From assembly GCF_051105105.1 (NCBI RefSeq), contig NZ_CP185339.1: a stretch of 64,000 nt of DNA. One strand, written 5' to 3'. Below the pieces are notes generated by a model. It did not search any database, was not told the origin of the DNA, and saw only the letters and a list, made by a program, of their open reading frames with translations. This document shows positions 1-8,670 of this stretch, one piece after another. This DNA is from Nannocystis pusilla. GTDB lineage: Bacteria; Myxococcota_A; Polyangia; Nannocystales; Nannocystaceae. Position 1 is the first letter of the stretch. Each line of letters opens with the position of its first letter. Made by a program: the position numbers and the translations under genes.

Positions 1-689
1 CGCTCTATCGCCTCGGTCGCTACGAGCAGGCCCTGGGCGCGCTCGAGCGGGCGCGCCAGCTCGACAAGGGCAACGCGCTCACGCTCGCGGTGCTCGGCGG
101 TTGGCGGCTGTCGGCCGCCGATTGCGACCTCGACGAGGCGCTCGGCCTGCTCTACGGCGCGCTCGACCTGCTCGAGCGGCGCTACGCCCAGGATCCTGGG
201 CAGCTGGGCTACTGCAGCCTGGTCGCGGAGGAGATCTTCGAGGCGCTGTGGCAGAACGGCCGCCAGGGCGAGGCCCGCGAGGTCGCGCGGCTGGCCGGCC
301 AGCGCGAGTGGATCACGCCGCACATCCTCGACTGCCTCAACGAGGCCGACCACGGGCGCTCGCCGCAGGTCAGCATGTACACGGTGGTCGCCCGCGCGGA
401 GGCCGGCGAGCGGCCCGAGCACTGGCCCGAGAACACCGACGGCTACACCACGGGGCTGACCGTGCTGGCCACCGACGAGAACGAGGCGCGCGAGTTCTGC
501 CTGCAGTACCTGCGCTCGATCGAGCCGTCGCCCGACATCCGCTTCACCCTCGACGTGGTGCCGCCGCAGTCGCCGAGCGACCCGAGCCCGTCGCTCGAGA
601 TGATGGCCGAGCTGCGCGGCGCGATGCAGCCGCGGCCGCGCGGCGTCGCGCGAGTCCACGGCCAGCGGGCCTATACGTTCCGCACCTGA
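1..689 (+). CDS. C-terminal fragment of a hypothetical protein, 5'-truncated by the window edge (TPR-like motif at the edge)
   Basis: Frame 3 is open from nt 3 (LYRLGRYEQALGALERARQLDKGNALT..., TPR-like) to the stop at 687-689. ORF-track 90..689 is only the internal-Met part. The remainder is unassigned. Confidence 0.4.
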   Translation, partial: LYRLGRYEQALGALERARQLDKGNALTLAVLGGWRLSAADCDLDEALGLLYGALDLLERRYAQDPGQLGYCSLVAEEIFEALWQNGRQGEAREVARLAGQREWITPHILDCLNEADHGRSPQVSMYTVVARAEAGERPEHWPENTDGYTTGLTVLATDENEAREFCLQYLRSIEPSPDIRFTLDVVPPQSPSDPSPSLEMMAELRGAMQPRPRGVARVHGQRAYTFRT

Positions 690-821
690 GCGCCCGCCGC
701 TGCAACGTGTTGCAGCGACGAGAGGGGCCTCCGGGCCGCGATGAGCAGCCCTGGCGGGTCGCGCAGGCGTGTGCGACCCTGCCGTGGTCGACTGTTTGAC
801 TTGCGGGAGCGACTACCGGTG

Positions 822-2627
822 ATGCGAACTTCCCTTTTGTTGTGTGCGGCGCTGGGCGCGGCGTGGACCCTGGCGCTGCCGCAGACGGCCGAGGCGTGCG
901 GCGGCGTGTTCTGCGACGGCGGCCTGCCGAACTCGATGCCCGTCAATCAAGACGGCGAGAACGTGCTCTTCGTCCTCAATCAGAACGAGGTCGAGGTCCA
1001 CATCCAGATCAGCATCGACCCCAATACCAACGCGCAGAAGTTCGCGTGGCTGATCCCGATCGCCCAGATCCCCGAGTTCGAGGTCGGCTCGCAGCCGCTG
1101 TTCGACGCGCTGCTGAACTCGTCGGTGCCGACGTACCAGCTGCAGCAGACCTTCGAGGTGTGCGGCGAGGACGGCGTGTCCGGTGGGCTCACGACCAACG
1201 CGACGGGCTCCGGCGCCCCCGGTGACTCGGCCGGCGGCAGCACCAGCGGCGCCGAGACCGACGGCGGCGAGGATCCGGTGGTGTTCAAGACCACCGCGGG
1301 CGCGTTCGAGATCGTGGTGCTGCAGGATCAGACGATCGAGCCGATCAAGCAGTGGCTGATCGACAACGACTATCAGTGGATCGACGGCTCGGAGATGGTG
1401 CTGCAGCAGTACCTCGACGAGGGCCAGGTGATCGTCGCGCTCAAGCTGGCGGCGGGATCCGACGGCGGCGACGTGCACCCGATCGTGCTGCGCTACCCGT
1501 CGAACGAGAACTGTTTCCCGCTGCGGCTGACGCGGTTCGCGTCGATCGAGAACATGGACATCCGCGTGTTCGTGCTCGGCGACAGCCGCGCGGCGCCGAC
1601 CAACTACCGCCACGTCCTCGTCAACCCGCTGAAGATCGACTGGCTGCAGTTCGCGGCCAACTACAAGGACGTCATCACCAAGGCGGTCGACGACCTCGAG
1701 GCCGAGGGGCTGGCGTTCGTGACCGAGTACGCCGGGCCGTCGAGCGTGGTCCAGCCGTTCGCGTTCAACTTCTACAGCACGTCGTGGAACGAGTCGGCGT
1801 TCGTCGGCCTGGCGCCCGAGCAGGTCGTCAATACGCTCAACGATCAGGGGCTGGCCAACTGCTTCGGCGCCGACTTCTGCTTCTACGACCACCCGCTGGT
1901 CGAGAGCCTCTTGAGCGACTTCCTGCCGGTGCCCGACGGCCTGTCGGCGGAGGAGTTCTACGCCAACCTGCCGGCCTACGCCGACCAGATCGACGCGATG
2001 GCGTGGGGCGACGGCAGCGCGTTCGCGCAGGCGCTCGACAGCCGGATCATCGCGCCCGGCGAGCACGCACAGGAGCTGATCGACAGCTACACGTACCTGA
2101 CGCGCATGTACACGGTCATCTCGCCCAACGAGATGATCGCGGACCCGATCTTCCACATCAACCCGGACCTGCCGGAGGTGCCGAGCTTCCGCTCGGCCAC
2201 CGAGTACAACCTGTGCGACGGCAACAGCGTGGTGACGCTGCCCGACGAGCGCGAGATCTTCGTGCCGAACGGCGGGCCGTGGCCGGACTTCATCGGCGAG
2301 ATGTGGTGGGCCGAGGAGGTCCAGCAGGTGGCGCTCAAGGGCAAGCCGATGCACCTCGTGAACAACACGGCCGCGATCAACAAGAAGATCGAGGAGTGGA
2401 ACCTGGCCCACGGCTGGCCCCGCTTCCCCGAGGGCGCGCCGACCACCAGCGCGAGCGACACCGACACCGACAGCTCAGGCAGCAGCGACAGCGGGCCCGA
2501 CTCTGCCACCGGCGGCGGGCAGAGCGACGCCAGCGGCTGCGGCTGCCGCAGCGACGGCGGGCCGGGCGGGGGCCTGCTGGCGCTCGCGGGGCTCGGTCTG
2601 CTGGCGGGGCGACGCCGCCGGCGCTAG
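822..2627 (+). CDS. secreted protein with N-terminal signal peptide and C-terminal MYXO-CTERM sorting/anchor motif
   Basis: Internal Met at 822 starts a classic signal peptide (MRTSLLLCAALGAAWTLALPQTAEA/CGGVFCDGG). The C-terminus GCGCRSDGGPGGGLLALAGLGLLAGRRRRR matches the MYXO-CTERM pattern: GC motif, then a hydrophobic helix, then an Arg cluster. ORF-track 741..2627. Confidence 0.6.
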   Translation: MRTSLLLCAALGAAWTLALPQTAEACGGVFCDGGLPNSMPVNQDGENVLFVLNQNEVEVHIQISIDPNTNAQKFAWLIPIAQIPEFEVGSQPLFDALLNSSVPTYQLQQTFEVCGEDGVSGGLTTNATGSGAPGDSAGGSTSGAETDGGEDPVVFKTTAGAFEIVVLQDQTIEPIKQWLIDNDYQWIDGSEMVLQQYLDEGQVIVALKLAAGSDGGDVHPIVLRYPSNENCFPLRLTRFASIENMDIRVFVLGDSRAAPTNYRHVLVNPLKIDWLQFAANYKDVITKAVDDLEAEGLAFVTEYAGPSSVVQPFAFNFYSTSWNESAFVGLAPEQVVNTLNDQGLANCFGADFCFYDHPLVESLLSDFLPVPDGLSAEEFYANLPAYADQIDAMAWGDGSAFAQALDSRIIAPGEHAQELIDSYTYLTRMYTVISPNEMIADPIFHINPDLPEVPSFRSATEYNLCDGNSVVTLPDEREIFVPNGGPWPDFIGEMWWAEEVQQVALKGKPMHLVNNTAAINKKIEEWNLAHGWPRFPEGAPTTSASDTDTDSSGSSDSGPDSATGGGQSDASGCGCRSDGGPGGGLLALAGLGLLAGRRRRR

Positions 2628-2654
2628 GCGACGACGGCAGCCGAAGGGCCCTCG

Positions 2655-2740
2655 ATGCGCCGAAGGGCATGTCCTGCCGGACACGCCCTTTCACTTATGG
2701 TCTCGAGGACATGTCTCTCCGGACATGCCCGCAGAGACAG
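2655..2740. repeat. CATG-centred palindromic repeat cluster (between convergent gene ends)
   Basis: AGGGCATGTCC-TGCC-GGACACGCCCT hairpin, then GAGGACATGTCTC, GGACATGCCC and GAGACAG. Confidence 0.7.
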
Positions 2741-2742
2741 CC

Positions 2743-3564
2743 TCAGCCGATCTGGGCGTTGGCGATCCGGTGGACCAGCCAGAACAGGTTGGGGCCGTGG
2801 CGGTCGGGCAGCTCGCGCTTGACCGCGCGGAGGCTGTCGCACAGCTGCTCGAGGCCGCGGTCGAGGACGGCGGCGCGGCGGGCCTCGAGGCGCTGGCCGA
2901 CGCCGATCGGCTGCCAGCTGGTGCCCCACGGGATCGCCCAGGTCAGCACGCGGTCGCCCGCGCGCAGGGCCTGCGACAGGTTGCTGTCGGTGAGGGTGAC
3001 GGGCTCGTCGCGCAGCAGGTCCTTGCCGCGCACGCGCTGCTTGCCGGGGTTCACGTCGTCGACGGCGACCAGCAGCAGGCGCGCCTGCAGGCAAGCGTCG
3101 AGGGCGGCGCGCTGGCGGCCCTCGAGCGGCACGCCGGCGCTGGTGAACATGTCGACCAGGCGGATGCCCTTGGGGTCGCGGTAGCCGTACAGGCAGAACG
3201 TCTGGGCGGCGCGGCGCAGGTCGGCGTTGTTCTTCTCGGCCGGCGTGGCGCCGCCGAAGAAGCCGTTCATCACCTGGGCGACGAACGGACCGAACCGCCG
3301 GGTGGCGAAGCTGCCCAGCATCGACTCGACGCGCTCGAAGTCGGCGCGCTCGTAGCGGCCGAACTTGGGGGTGAGCGGTCGCTCGTTCGTCAGCGCCGCC
3401 GCGGGGGCCGGATTGCGCGCGCGAGCGGCCTCCTGGGCCTGCGCGATCTCCTGCTCGGCGGTGAGGAACGGGCCGGTGCCACGACGCTTGCGCCGGGAGT
3501 CCGAGCGGGGCGTCGACGCGGCGGGCGGGGCTGCAGTGCCGGGTTGTTCGGGTGTGTCGGTCAT
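2743..3564 (-). CDS. hypothetical cytoplasmic protein (disordered Arg/Lys-rich N-terminus); last gene of a four-gene lipoprotein operon
   Basis: Within ORF 2743..3789-, Met (MTDTPEQPGT...) at 3564 overlaps the stop of the upstream gene by 4 nt (ATGA). Upstream of that Met the ORF is Arg-rich junk. No family recognised. Confidence 0.5.
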   Translation of the reverse strand: MTDTPEQPGTAAPPAASTPRSDSRRKRRGTGPFLTAEQEIAQAQEAARARNPAPAAALTNERPLTPKFGRYERADFERVESMLGSFATRRFGPFVAQVMNGFFGGATPAEKNNADLRRAAQTFCLYGYRDPKGIRLVDMFTSAGVPLEGRQRAALDACLQARLLLVAVDDVNPGKQRVRGKDLLRDEPVTLTDSNLSQALRAGDRVLTWAIPWGTSWQPIGVGQRLEARRAAVLDRGLEQLCDSLRAVKRELPDRHGPNLFWLVHRIANAQIG

Positions 3565-4914
3565 GGGTCCGTCATTTCGGCGCACGCGCCGTCGAAGGCG
3601 ATCCGCGGCAGCTCGATGGCCAGGCTCGCGTTCGGAGCGGTCGGCGTCGGGTCGTCGCCGTTGCCGTAGCACGGCTCGTCGGAGCCGGCGGCGTACGCCT
3701 CGATGCGCACGTACAGCTCCTCGTGGGCCATCGGCGCGTCGTCCCACACCAGCGGCTCGATGTCGCGGATCTTGCCGAGTTCGTCGCAAGGGACGGTGGT
3801 GACGCCGTCGAGCACGATCGGCGGGTTCTGGCCGTCACGCAGGGCGGCCGTCGGGACGACCTGGAGGTCGGCGTCGAGGACGGTGATCCGCGCGCGGTCG
3901 ATCACGAGGCCCGGCTCCGGAGTGCACGTCGTGAAGGGCAGCTCGTCGGGGCCGCTGAGGAGCGCCAGCGAGAACGAGAAGCCGGCCTCGATCGGCGCGA
4001 GGAAGCTGGCGATCGTGAAGTCGGCGAACAGGTCGACGCTCTGGAAGCCCTCCGGCACCAGCGTGAAGGACGTGACGTCGGCGTCGAGCATGGGCACGGC
4101 GAGCTTTTTGCCGTTCGCGCCGAGGCCGGCGACCGAGAGGGTGTAATCGCCCGGATCGAGCGACTCGGTGAAGGTCTGGGCGGTGGTGGTGCAGGGGAAG
4201 CGGAGCTTCTTGGCGGTCGGCCCGTCGATCGCCACCTCGATGTCGGTGAGCGCGAGGCCGCCGCAGAAGGCGCTCGGGTTGCCGCTCATGAGCTCCGGAC
4301 GGACGACGAGCTGAGCGCCGGCGCTGTCGCCGACCTCGAGGCCGGCGCGATCGCCCGCGCAGGACGGGTCGGCGAGGTCGGTGTAGCCGTCGCGGTCGTT
4401 GTCGATGCCGTCGCTGCACTGCGGGGCGCCGACGATGACGACGTTCGAGCGGCTTGCCCTCGCCGGCCGCGCTGATCACAACGTCCTGGGCGGTGGAGGC
4501 GAGGACCTTCTTGCAGGAGGTGTCGACCTCACTGCCGTCGGTGTCGACGACGCTGGTGGGCTCGTCGGCGCAGAACTGGACGTCGCGCCGGCCTAGCGCG
4601 GTGACCGTGACGCTGTACGTGCCGGCGCCCACCTCCGGCCCGGGCGCGCGGGCGTCTTGGTCCTCGAAGCCGGCGGGGAAGCACGGGAACTCGCGCTCGT
4701 CGAGCAGGGCGTTGCCCCCGTCGCGGGTGCTGACGCGGATCCGGCTGATGCCGAGCTCCGTGCACTGATCGACCGAGACGAGCTCGGCGGCGTCGCTGAC
4801 CTCGGCCTGGTCGAGCGGCTGCAGGCGCCAGCGGACCCAGAAGCTGGGGTCCTCCGCGCAGCCGGCCGCGGCGACGGTCGCGAGCGCGAGGGGAGCGAGG
4901 CGGGCGCGGAGCAT
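3561..4914 (-). pseudogene. lipoprotein with CarboxypepD_reg-like beta-sandwich repeats and a CxDGxDNDxDGxxDxxDxxC motif; reading frame broken by a 1-nt indel near 4443
   Basis: The N-terminal half reads in the frame of ORF 3835..4950- (MLRARLAPLALATVAAAGC lipobox; ...VISAAGEGKPLE). The C-terminal half reads in the frame of ORF 3561..4289-, which is open back to a stop at 4476-4478 (...VVIVGAPQCSDGIDNDRDGYTDLADPSCAGDRAG...). The join is at about 4443. Motifs LRPGTY / VGAGTYSVTV / LDPGDYTLSV recur. Confidence 0.5.
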
Positions 4915-4924
4915 CAGGGCCGGT

Positions 4925-5683
4925 CTATCCGTCACAGGCGGGGTTTTCAAGGTCCAGGGCGACCAGAAGGGGTGAGTCTTCGATTGTCACGGCCCGCGAG
5001 CAGCTGCGGCCGTCGATCTGGAGGTCGAGGCGATAGCGGCCGGGGTCGACGTCGGCGACGCGGTGCGCGCCCTGGAGGCCCGCGCAGCTCTGCTCCTGTC
5101 CGCCCAGGCGCAGGCCGCGGTCGCTGCTCAAGTTCTGGCGGTACAGCGCCGGCGGCTCGTCGGCCTCGGCGAGGAACAGGTCGGCGGCGGGGTCGGCGTA
5201 GCGCAGCGCGACCACGAGGTCGCTGCAGGCGCCGGTCAACGCGAGGTCGAGCGGCTGGGGGGCGCGCTCCAGCTCGAGGTCGACCGCCGTGATCGCGTGG
5301 CTCTCGACCTCGCCGATGGCCGCCGCGGCGACGAGCGGCGCCTCCTCGGCGGCCCGGCCGCTGGCCGCCAAGGCGTAGGTGCCGGGGCGGAGATCGAGGA
5401 AGATCTCCGGCGCCTCGACGGCCCGCGCCGCCGGCGACATGTTGCCGGTCTCACACGCGTACGCGAACACGCGGTCGCGCGCCGGGTCCTCGGCGTCGAT
5501 CACCCGCACGGTCACGCCGGACAGACCCGCCCCCTCGCAGGTGCGCACCCGGCGAGCCTCGGGGCCGTCGACCGCGTTGGCCTCGCGCGCGGTCCACGTC
5601 AGCTCGAGGCCGGTGGCGCCGCCCGCGGGCAGGACGCACGCCGGCCCCAAGAGCCAGGTCCCTAGGAGCAGCCTTCGCAGCAT
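4925..5683 (-). CDS. lipoprotein, unknown function (PGTYAL-type beta-sandwich motif)
   Basis: Tail of the spurious ORF 4925..8665-. Met at 5683 starts MLRRLLLGTWLLGPAC (lipobox), 252 aa. It overlaps the upstream gene by 22 nt, and its stop lies 10 nt before the next lipoprotein start. Confidence 0.55.
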   Translation of the reverse strand: MLRRLLLGTWLLGPACVLPAGGATGLELTWTAREANAVDGPEARRVRTCEGAGLSGVTVRVIDAEDPARDRVFAYACETGNMSPAARAVEAPEIFLDLRPGTYALAASGRAAEEAPLVAAAAIGEVESHAITAVDLELERAPQPLDLALTGACSDLVVALRYADPAADLFLAEADEPPALYRQNLSSDRGLRLGGQEQSCAGLQGAHRVADVDPGRYRLDLQIDGRSCSRAVTIEDSPLLVALDLENPACDG

Positions 5684-6324
5684 CCTACGAGGTCCATGAC
5701 GGTGCGGCCCTGCTCCGGCGGCTCCTGCACGCAGGCGTCGAGGCCGGTGAGCACGAAGAGGTAGACCTGCAGGTCGGTCAAGAGGCCCGGCTCGACCGTG
5801 CGGGTGCGCGGGCCGGGGGTCAAGGCGCAGGCGGGGCCGAGCTCGCAGACGCATTGGTCGTCGAACTCGGCGACCAGCGCGACCTCGAAGTCGTAGGGCT
5901 CCTCCTCGCGGGCGGTGACGATGGAGAACCCTCGGGCGGCCTCGCAGCCGTAGGTGAGGACGTTGAGCTGGCAGGACTCGTCGGCGGCGCAGGCCTCGGG
6001 GCAATCGGGCTCGCACAGGCGGAGCTGCGCGTGCAGCCGGTAGGGGCGGCGCGGGCCGTCGGGGGTGGTGCGGCCGATGAAGCCGCACAGGTCGCCGAAT
6101 TTGTCGCCGCCGACGTTGCCGCCGCAGATGTCGTCCAGCTCGCCGGCGGGGAAGATCGAGCGGCCGGCGGCGTCGACGACCGTCCAATTGAGCTCGACCT
6201 CGCCTTTGTCGCGGACGCACGCGGCTGCCGTGGCGAGCGCGAGGATCGCTCCCGCCGCCGGGCTCGGGCGCCGCCGCAGGTGCGAGCCCGGCGCGGGCGC
6301 GAGCGCTTGGGTGGGGCGAGGCAC
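5662..6324 (-). CDS. cysteine-rich lipoprotein, unknown function; first gene of the operon, divergent from tolQ
   Basis: ORF-track 5662..6324-. ...AILALATAAAC lipobox followed by about 16 Cys (CEPDCPEAC, CVCELGPAC, GCCEGCS). The start codon is uncertain because the N-region is long. Confidence 0.5.
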   Translation of the reverse strand: MPRPTQALAPAPGSHLRRRPSPAAGAILALATAAACVRDKGEVELNWTVVDAAGRSIFPAGELDDICGGNVGGDKFGDLCGFIGRTTPDGPRRPYRLHAQLRLCEPDCPEACAADESCQLNVLTYGCEAARGFSIVTAREEEPYDFEVALVAEFDDQCVCELGPACALTPGPRTRTVEPGLLTDLQVYLFVLTGLDACVQEPPEQGRTVMDLVGCCEGCS

Positions 6325-6406
6325 GGCCGGGAGGATAGCAAAACGTTAACCGTCGGGGGCGGCCCGCGGTTTGACGGGGCCGGGCGGGGGCGTGTAGCCT
6401 GCCGGC

Positions 6407-7111
6407 GTGTTGCTTCCCGCGCCCAGCTTGCTCGCCGAGATCGACATCATCCACCTGCTGTTCGGCGCCAAGGGCCTCGTGCTCGTGGTCGCCATCCTGC
6501 TGGTCGTCTCGATCTTCACCACGATCTTCGTGATTCTCTACAAGCTGATCCACATCAGCCAGGCGCAGTCGCAGTCGATCACGTTCCTCGACCGGTTCTG
6601 GGAGTCGAAGCGCCTCGACGACATCTACCGGGTCGCCGAGCAGCTCAAGTACAGCCCGCTGGCGGCGATGTTCCGCGCCGGCTACATCGAGCTGTCCAAG
6701 GTCAAGAAGGGCCAGAACGAGGCCACCGGCTCGATGCACGAGAAGATGGACGGGCTCGAGAACATCGAGCGCGCGCTGGCCCGCGCCAAGGTCAGCGAGA
6801 CGACCAAGCTCGAGAACCTGATGCCGCTGCTGGCCACCATCGGCTCGGCCGCGCCGTTCGTCGGTCTGCTCGGCACGGTGTGGGGCATCATGGAGGCGTT
6901 CTCCGCCATCGCCGCGTCCGGCTCGGCCGACCTGGCGACGGTCTCCGGCCCGATCGCCGAGGCGCTGGTAGCGACCGCGACGTCGCTGATGAGCGCGATC
7001 CCGGCGGTCATGGCGTACAACTACTTCAACCGCCGCATCAAGGTGCTCGGCGCCGAGATGACGACGTTCGGCAGCGACTACACCAATATCGTCAAGCGCC
7101 ACTTCTTCTAA
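6407..7111 (+). CDS. tolQ: MotA/TolQ/ExbB proton-channel protein (TolQ)
   Basis: Three TM segments plus the conserved C-terminal core (LATIGSAAPFVGLLGTVWGIMEAF...AEALVATA). First gene of a tolQ-tolR-tolA-tolB cluster. Confidence 0.85.
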   Translation: MLLPAPSLLAEIDIIHLLFGAKGLVLVVAILLVVSIFTTIFVILYKLIHISQAQSQSITFLDRFWESKRLDDIYRVAEQLKYSPLAAMFRAGYIELSKVKKGQNEATGSMHEKMDGLENIERALARAKVSETTKLENLMPLLATIGSAAPFVGLLGTVWGIMEAFSAIAASGSADLATVSGPIAEALVATATSLMSAIPAVMAYNYFNRRIKVLGAEMTTFGSDYTNIVKRHFF

Positions 7112-7141
7112 TCGGTCGCCTGCTACGATCACGGTGTACGC

Positions 7142-7588
7142 ATGAGCAGCAAGGTCACAGCAGACGCGATCCAGGGCGAGGGCCCGGTCTCGGCGATCAA
7201 CGTCACGCCGCTGGTCGACGTGATGTTGTGTCTGCTCATCATCTTCATGGTGTCGACGCCGATGATGGCGCCGAAGCAGCCGCAGAAGATCGCGGTGCCG
7301 AAGGCCAAGGCGCAGGCGATCGCGCAGGAGCAATTCCTGCTGGCGACCGTCTCGGTCGACGCGAAGGGCAACGTCTTCATGGGCACGGTCGCGCTCTCGC
7401 GCGACCCCGCGACCATGGCCAACGAGCTCAGCAGCAACGCGCGCCTCAAGCAGGACGGGGTGGCCTTCATCCAGGGCGACTCGAACATCGAGTTCAGCCG
7501 GATCGTCGAGGTCCTCGTCGCGTTGCGTACGGCCGGGGTGTCCAAGGTCGGCTTCCTGACCGACCCGAAGGTCCCGCCGCGCACCTGA
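7142..7588 (+). CDS. tolR: ExbD/TolR biopolymer transport protein
   Basis: INVTPLVDVMLCLLIIFMV TM segment plus periplasmic domain, typical of the ExbD/TolR family. Sits between tolQ and the TolA-like gene. Confidence 0.8.
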   Translation: MSSKVTADAIQGEGPVSAINVTPLVDVMLCLLIIFMVSTPMMAPKQPQKIAVPKAKAQAIAQEQFLLATVSVDAKGNVFMGTVALSRDPATMANELSSNARLKQDGVAFIQGDSNIEFSRIVEVLVALRTAGVSKVGFLTDPKVPPRT

Positions 7589-7601
7589 GAGGGAACGAGC
7601 G

Positions 7602-8456
7602 ATGTCCGAGATCAAAGTCCGCACCGTGCCGATGCTGCTGTCGCCGTTCGTCGAGCTGGGCCGCCAGTTCGGCGACATCCTGCGCAACCCGACGGCGTTC
7701 TTCGGCAGCCTGCTGGGCTCGGCGCTGCTCACCGGCGGAGTGGCCGCGCTGGTGATGTTCGGGCCGACCTTCGAGGTCTCGGCCGACGAGGACGACGACG
7801 AGCTCGAGATGGAGTTCATGCCCGGCGAGCTGGTGCGGCTCGGGCCCAAGCTCGACCCGACGGAGATCCCGGAGAAGATCATCGTCGAGAAGACGGTCGC
7901 GGCCGAGCAGGCCGCCGAGACGACGGTGACCGACGACGAGAAGGCGAAGCCGACCACCGAGCCGAAGAAGAACGAGCCGAAGAAGACCGACAGCAAGTCG
8001 ACCGAGAAGCCCGACCCCAACAAGAAGGGCGCCAAGGAGTCCGACAAGAACCAGGACTCGAACACGCCGCACAACGACCTGCCGACGGTCAAAGAGCTGC
8101 CCGGCGATCCGTTCGGCTCGAAGGACGGCTGGTCCGACACCTTCAAGGAAGGCGACCCGTGGGCCACCGAGGTCATGAAGGTGCTAAACGGCATGAAGGT
8201 CGGCACCTTCGGCGCGGAGGGCAAGGACGCGACCTTCAAGTTCCGCCTCGAGGTCTGCCCCGACGGCAAGCTGTCGGCGCAGCAGAAGGAAGGCACCGGC
8301 GACTCCACGCTGGACGCGCGGATCAAGAGCACCATCGAGGGGCTCAAGGTCAGCGTCCCGGCGGGCGTGGCCGACCTGCTCAAGGGCAAGTGCAAGAAGA
8401 TCCAGTACGAGTTCACGTGGCGCGGCAAAGGCCAAGGCGCCGGCTCGGTCAAGTAG
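7602..8456 (+). CDS. tolA: TolA-like/TonB-family energy transducer (N-terminal anchor, Lys/Pro/Glu-rich linker, C-terminal domain)
   Basis: TM anchor (LLGSALLTGGVAALVMFG), a charged KPTTEPKKNEPKKTDSK linker and a C-terminal globular domain. Position between tolR and tolB. Confidence 0.55.
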   Translation: MSEIKVRTVPMLLSPFVELGRQFGDILRNPTAFFGSLLGSALLTGGVAALVMFGPTFEVSADEDDDELEMEFMPGELVRLGPKLDPTEIPEKIIVEKTVAAEQAAETTVTDDEKAKPTTEPKKNEPKKTDSKSTEKPDPNKKGAKESDKNQDSNTPHNDLPTVKELPGDPFGSKDGWSDTFKEGDPWATEVMKVLNGMKVGTFGAEGKDATFKFRLEVCPDGKLSAQQKEGTGDSTLDARIKSTIEGLKVSVPAGVADLLKGKCKKIQYEFTWRGKGQGAGSVK

Positions 8457-8670
8457 GCCAGCGGGCCTAACCGTCGCCCGGCGCCGCCGCGGTTGACATT
8501 TTGTCCGCGAACGGCCGGGAAGGGCCGCCGTTCGGCCGGTTGCGGCGGCCGGTCGGTGCAGCGGGCCCCCAGCACGGTCGCGGCCGCCTGGGCCACAATT
8601 GGCCCGCGGGGGGGTTCCCCAGGGCTTGACGGGCGGGTATGGTTGGCACGCTCAGAAGGTGCCATCGCCC

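Noticed and set aside
813-2411. 532-aa minus-strand ORF antisense to the MYXO-CTERM gene, and the 1352..3184 plus-frame ORF
   Set aside because: Both are alternative frames of the same DNA with Arg/His-rich junk translation. The plus-strand gene has a signal peptide and a sorting signal.
4925-8665. 1246-aa minus-strand ORF spanning the tol region
   Set aside because: Antisense to tolQ/tolR/tolA on the plus strand and to nothing recognisable. It is Arg/Asp/Gly-rich low complexity typical of stop-free frames in high-GC DNA. Only its last 252 codons (4925-5683) form a plausible lipoprotein gene.
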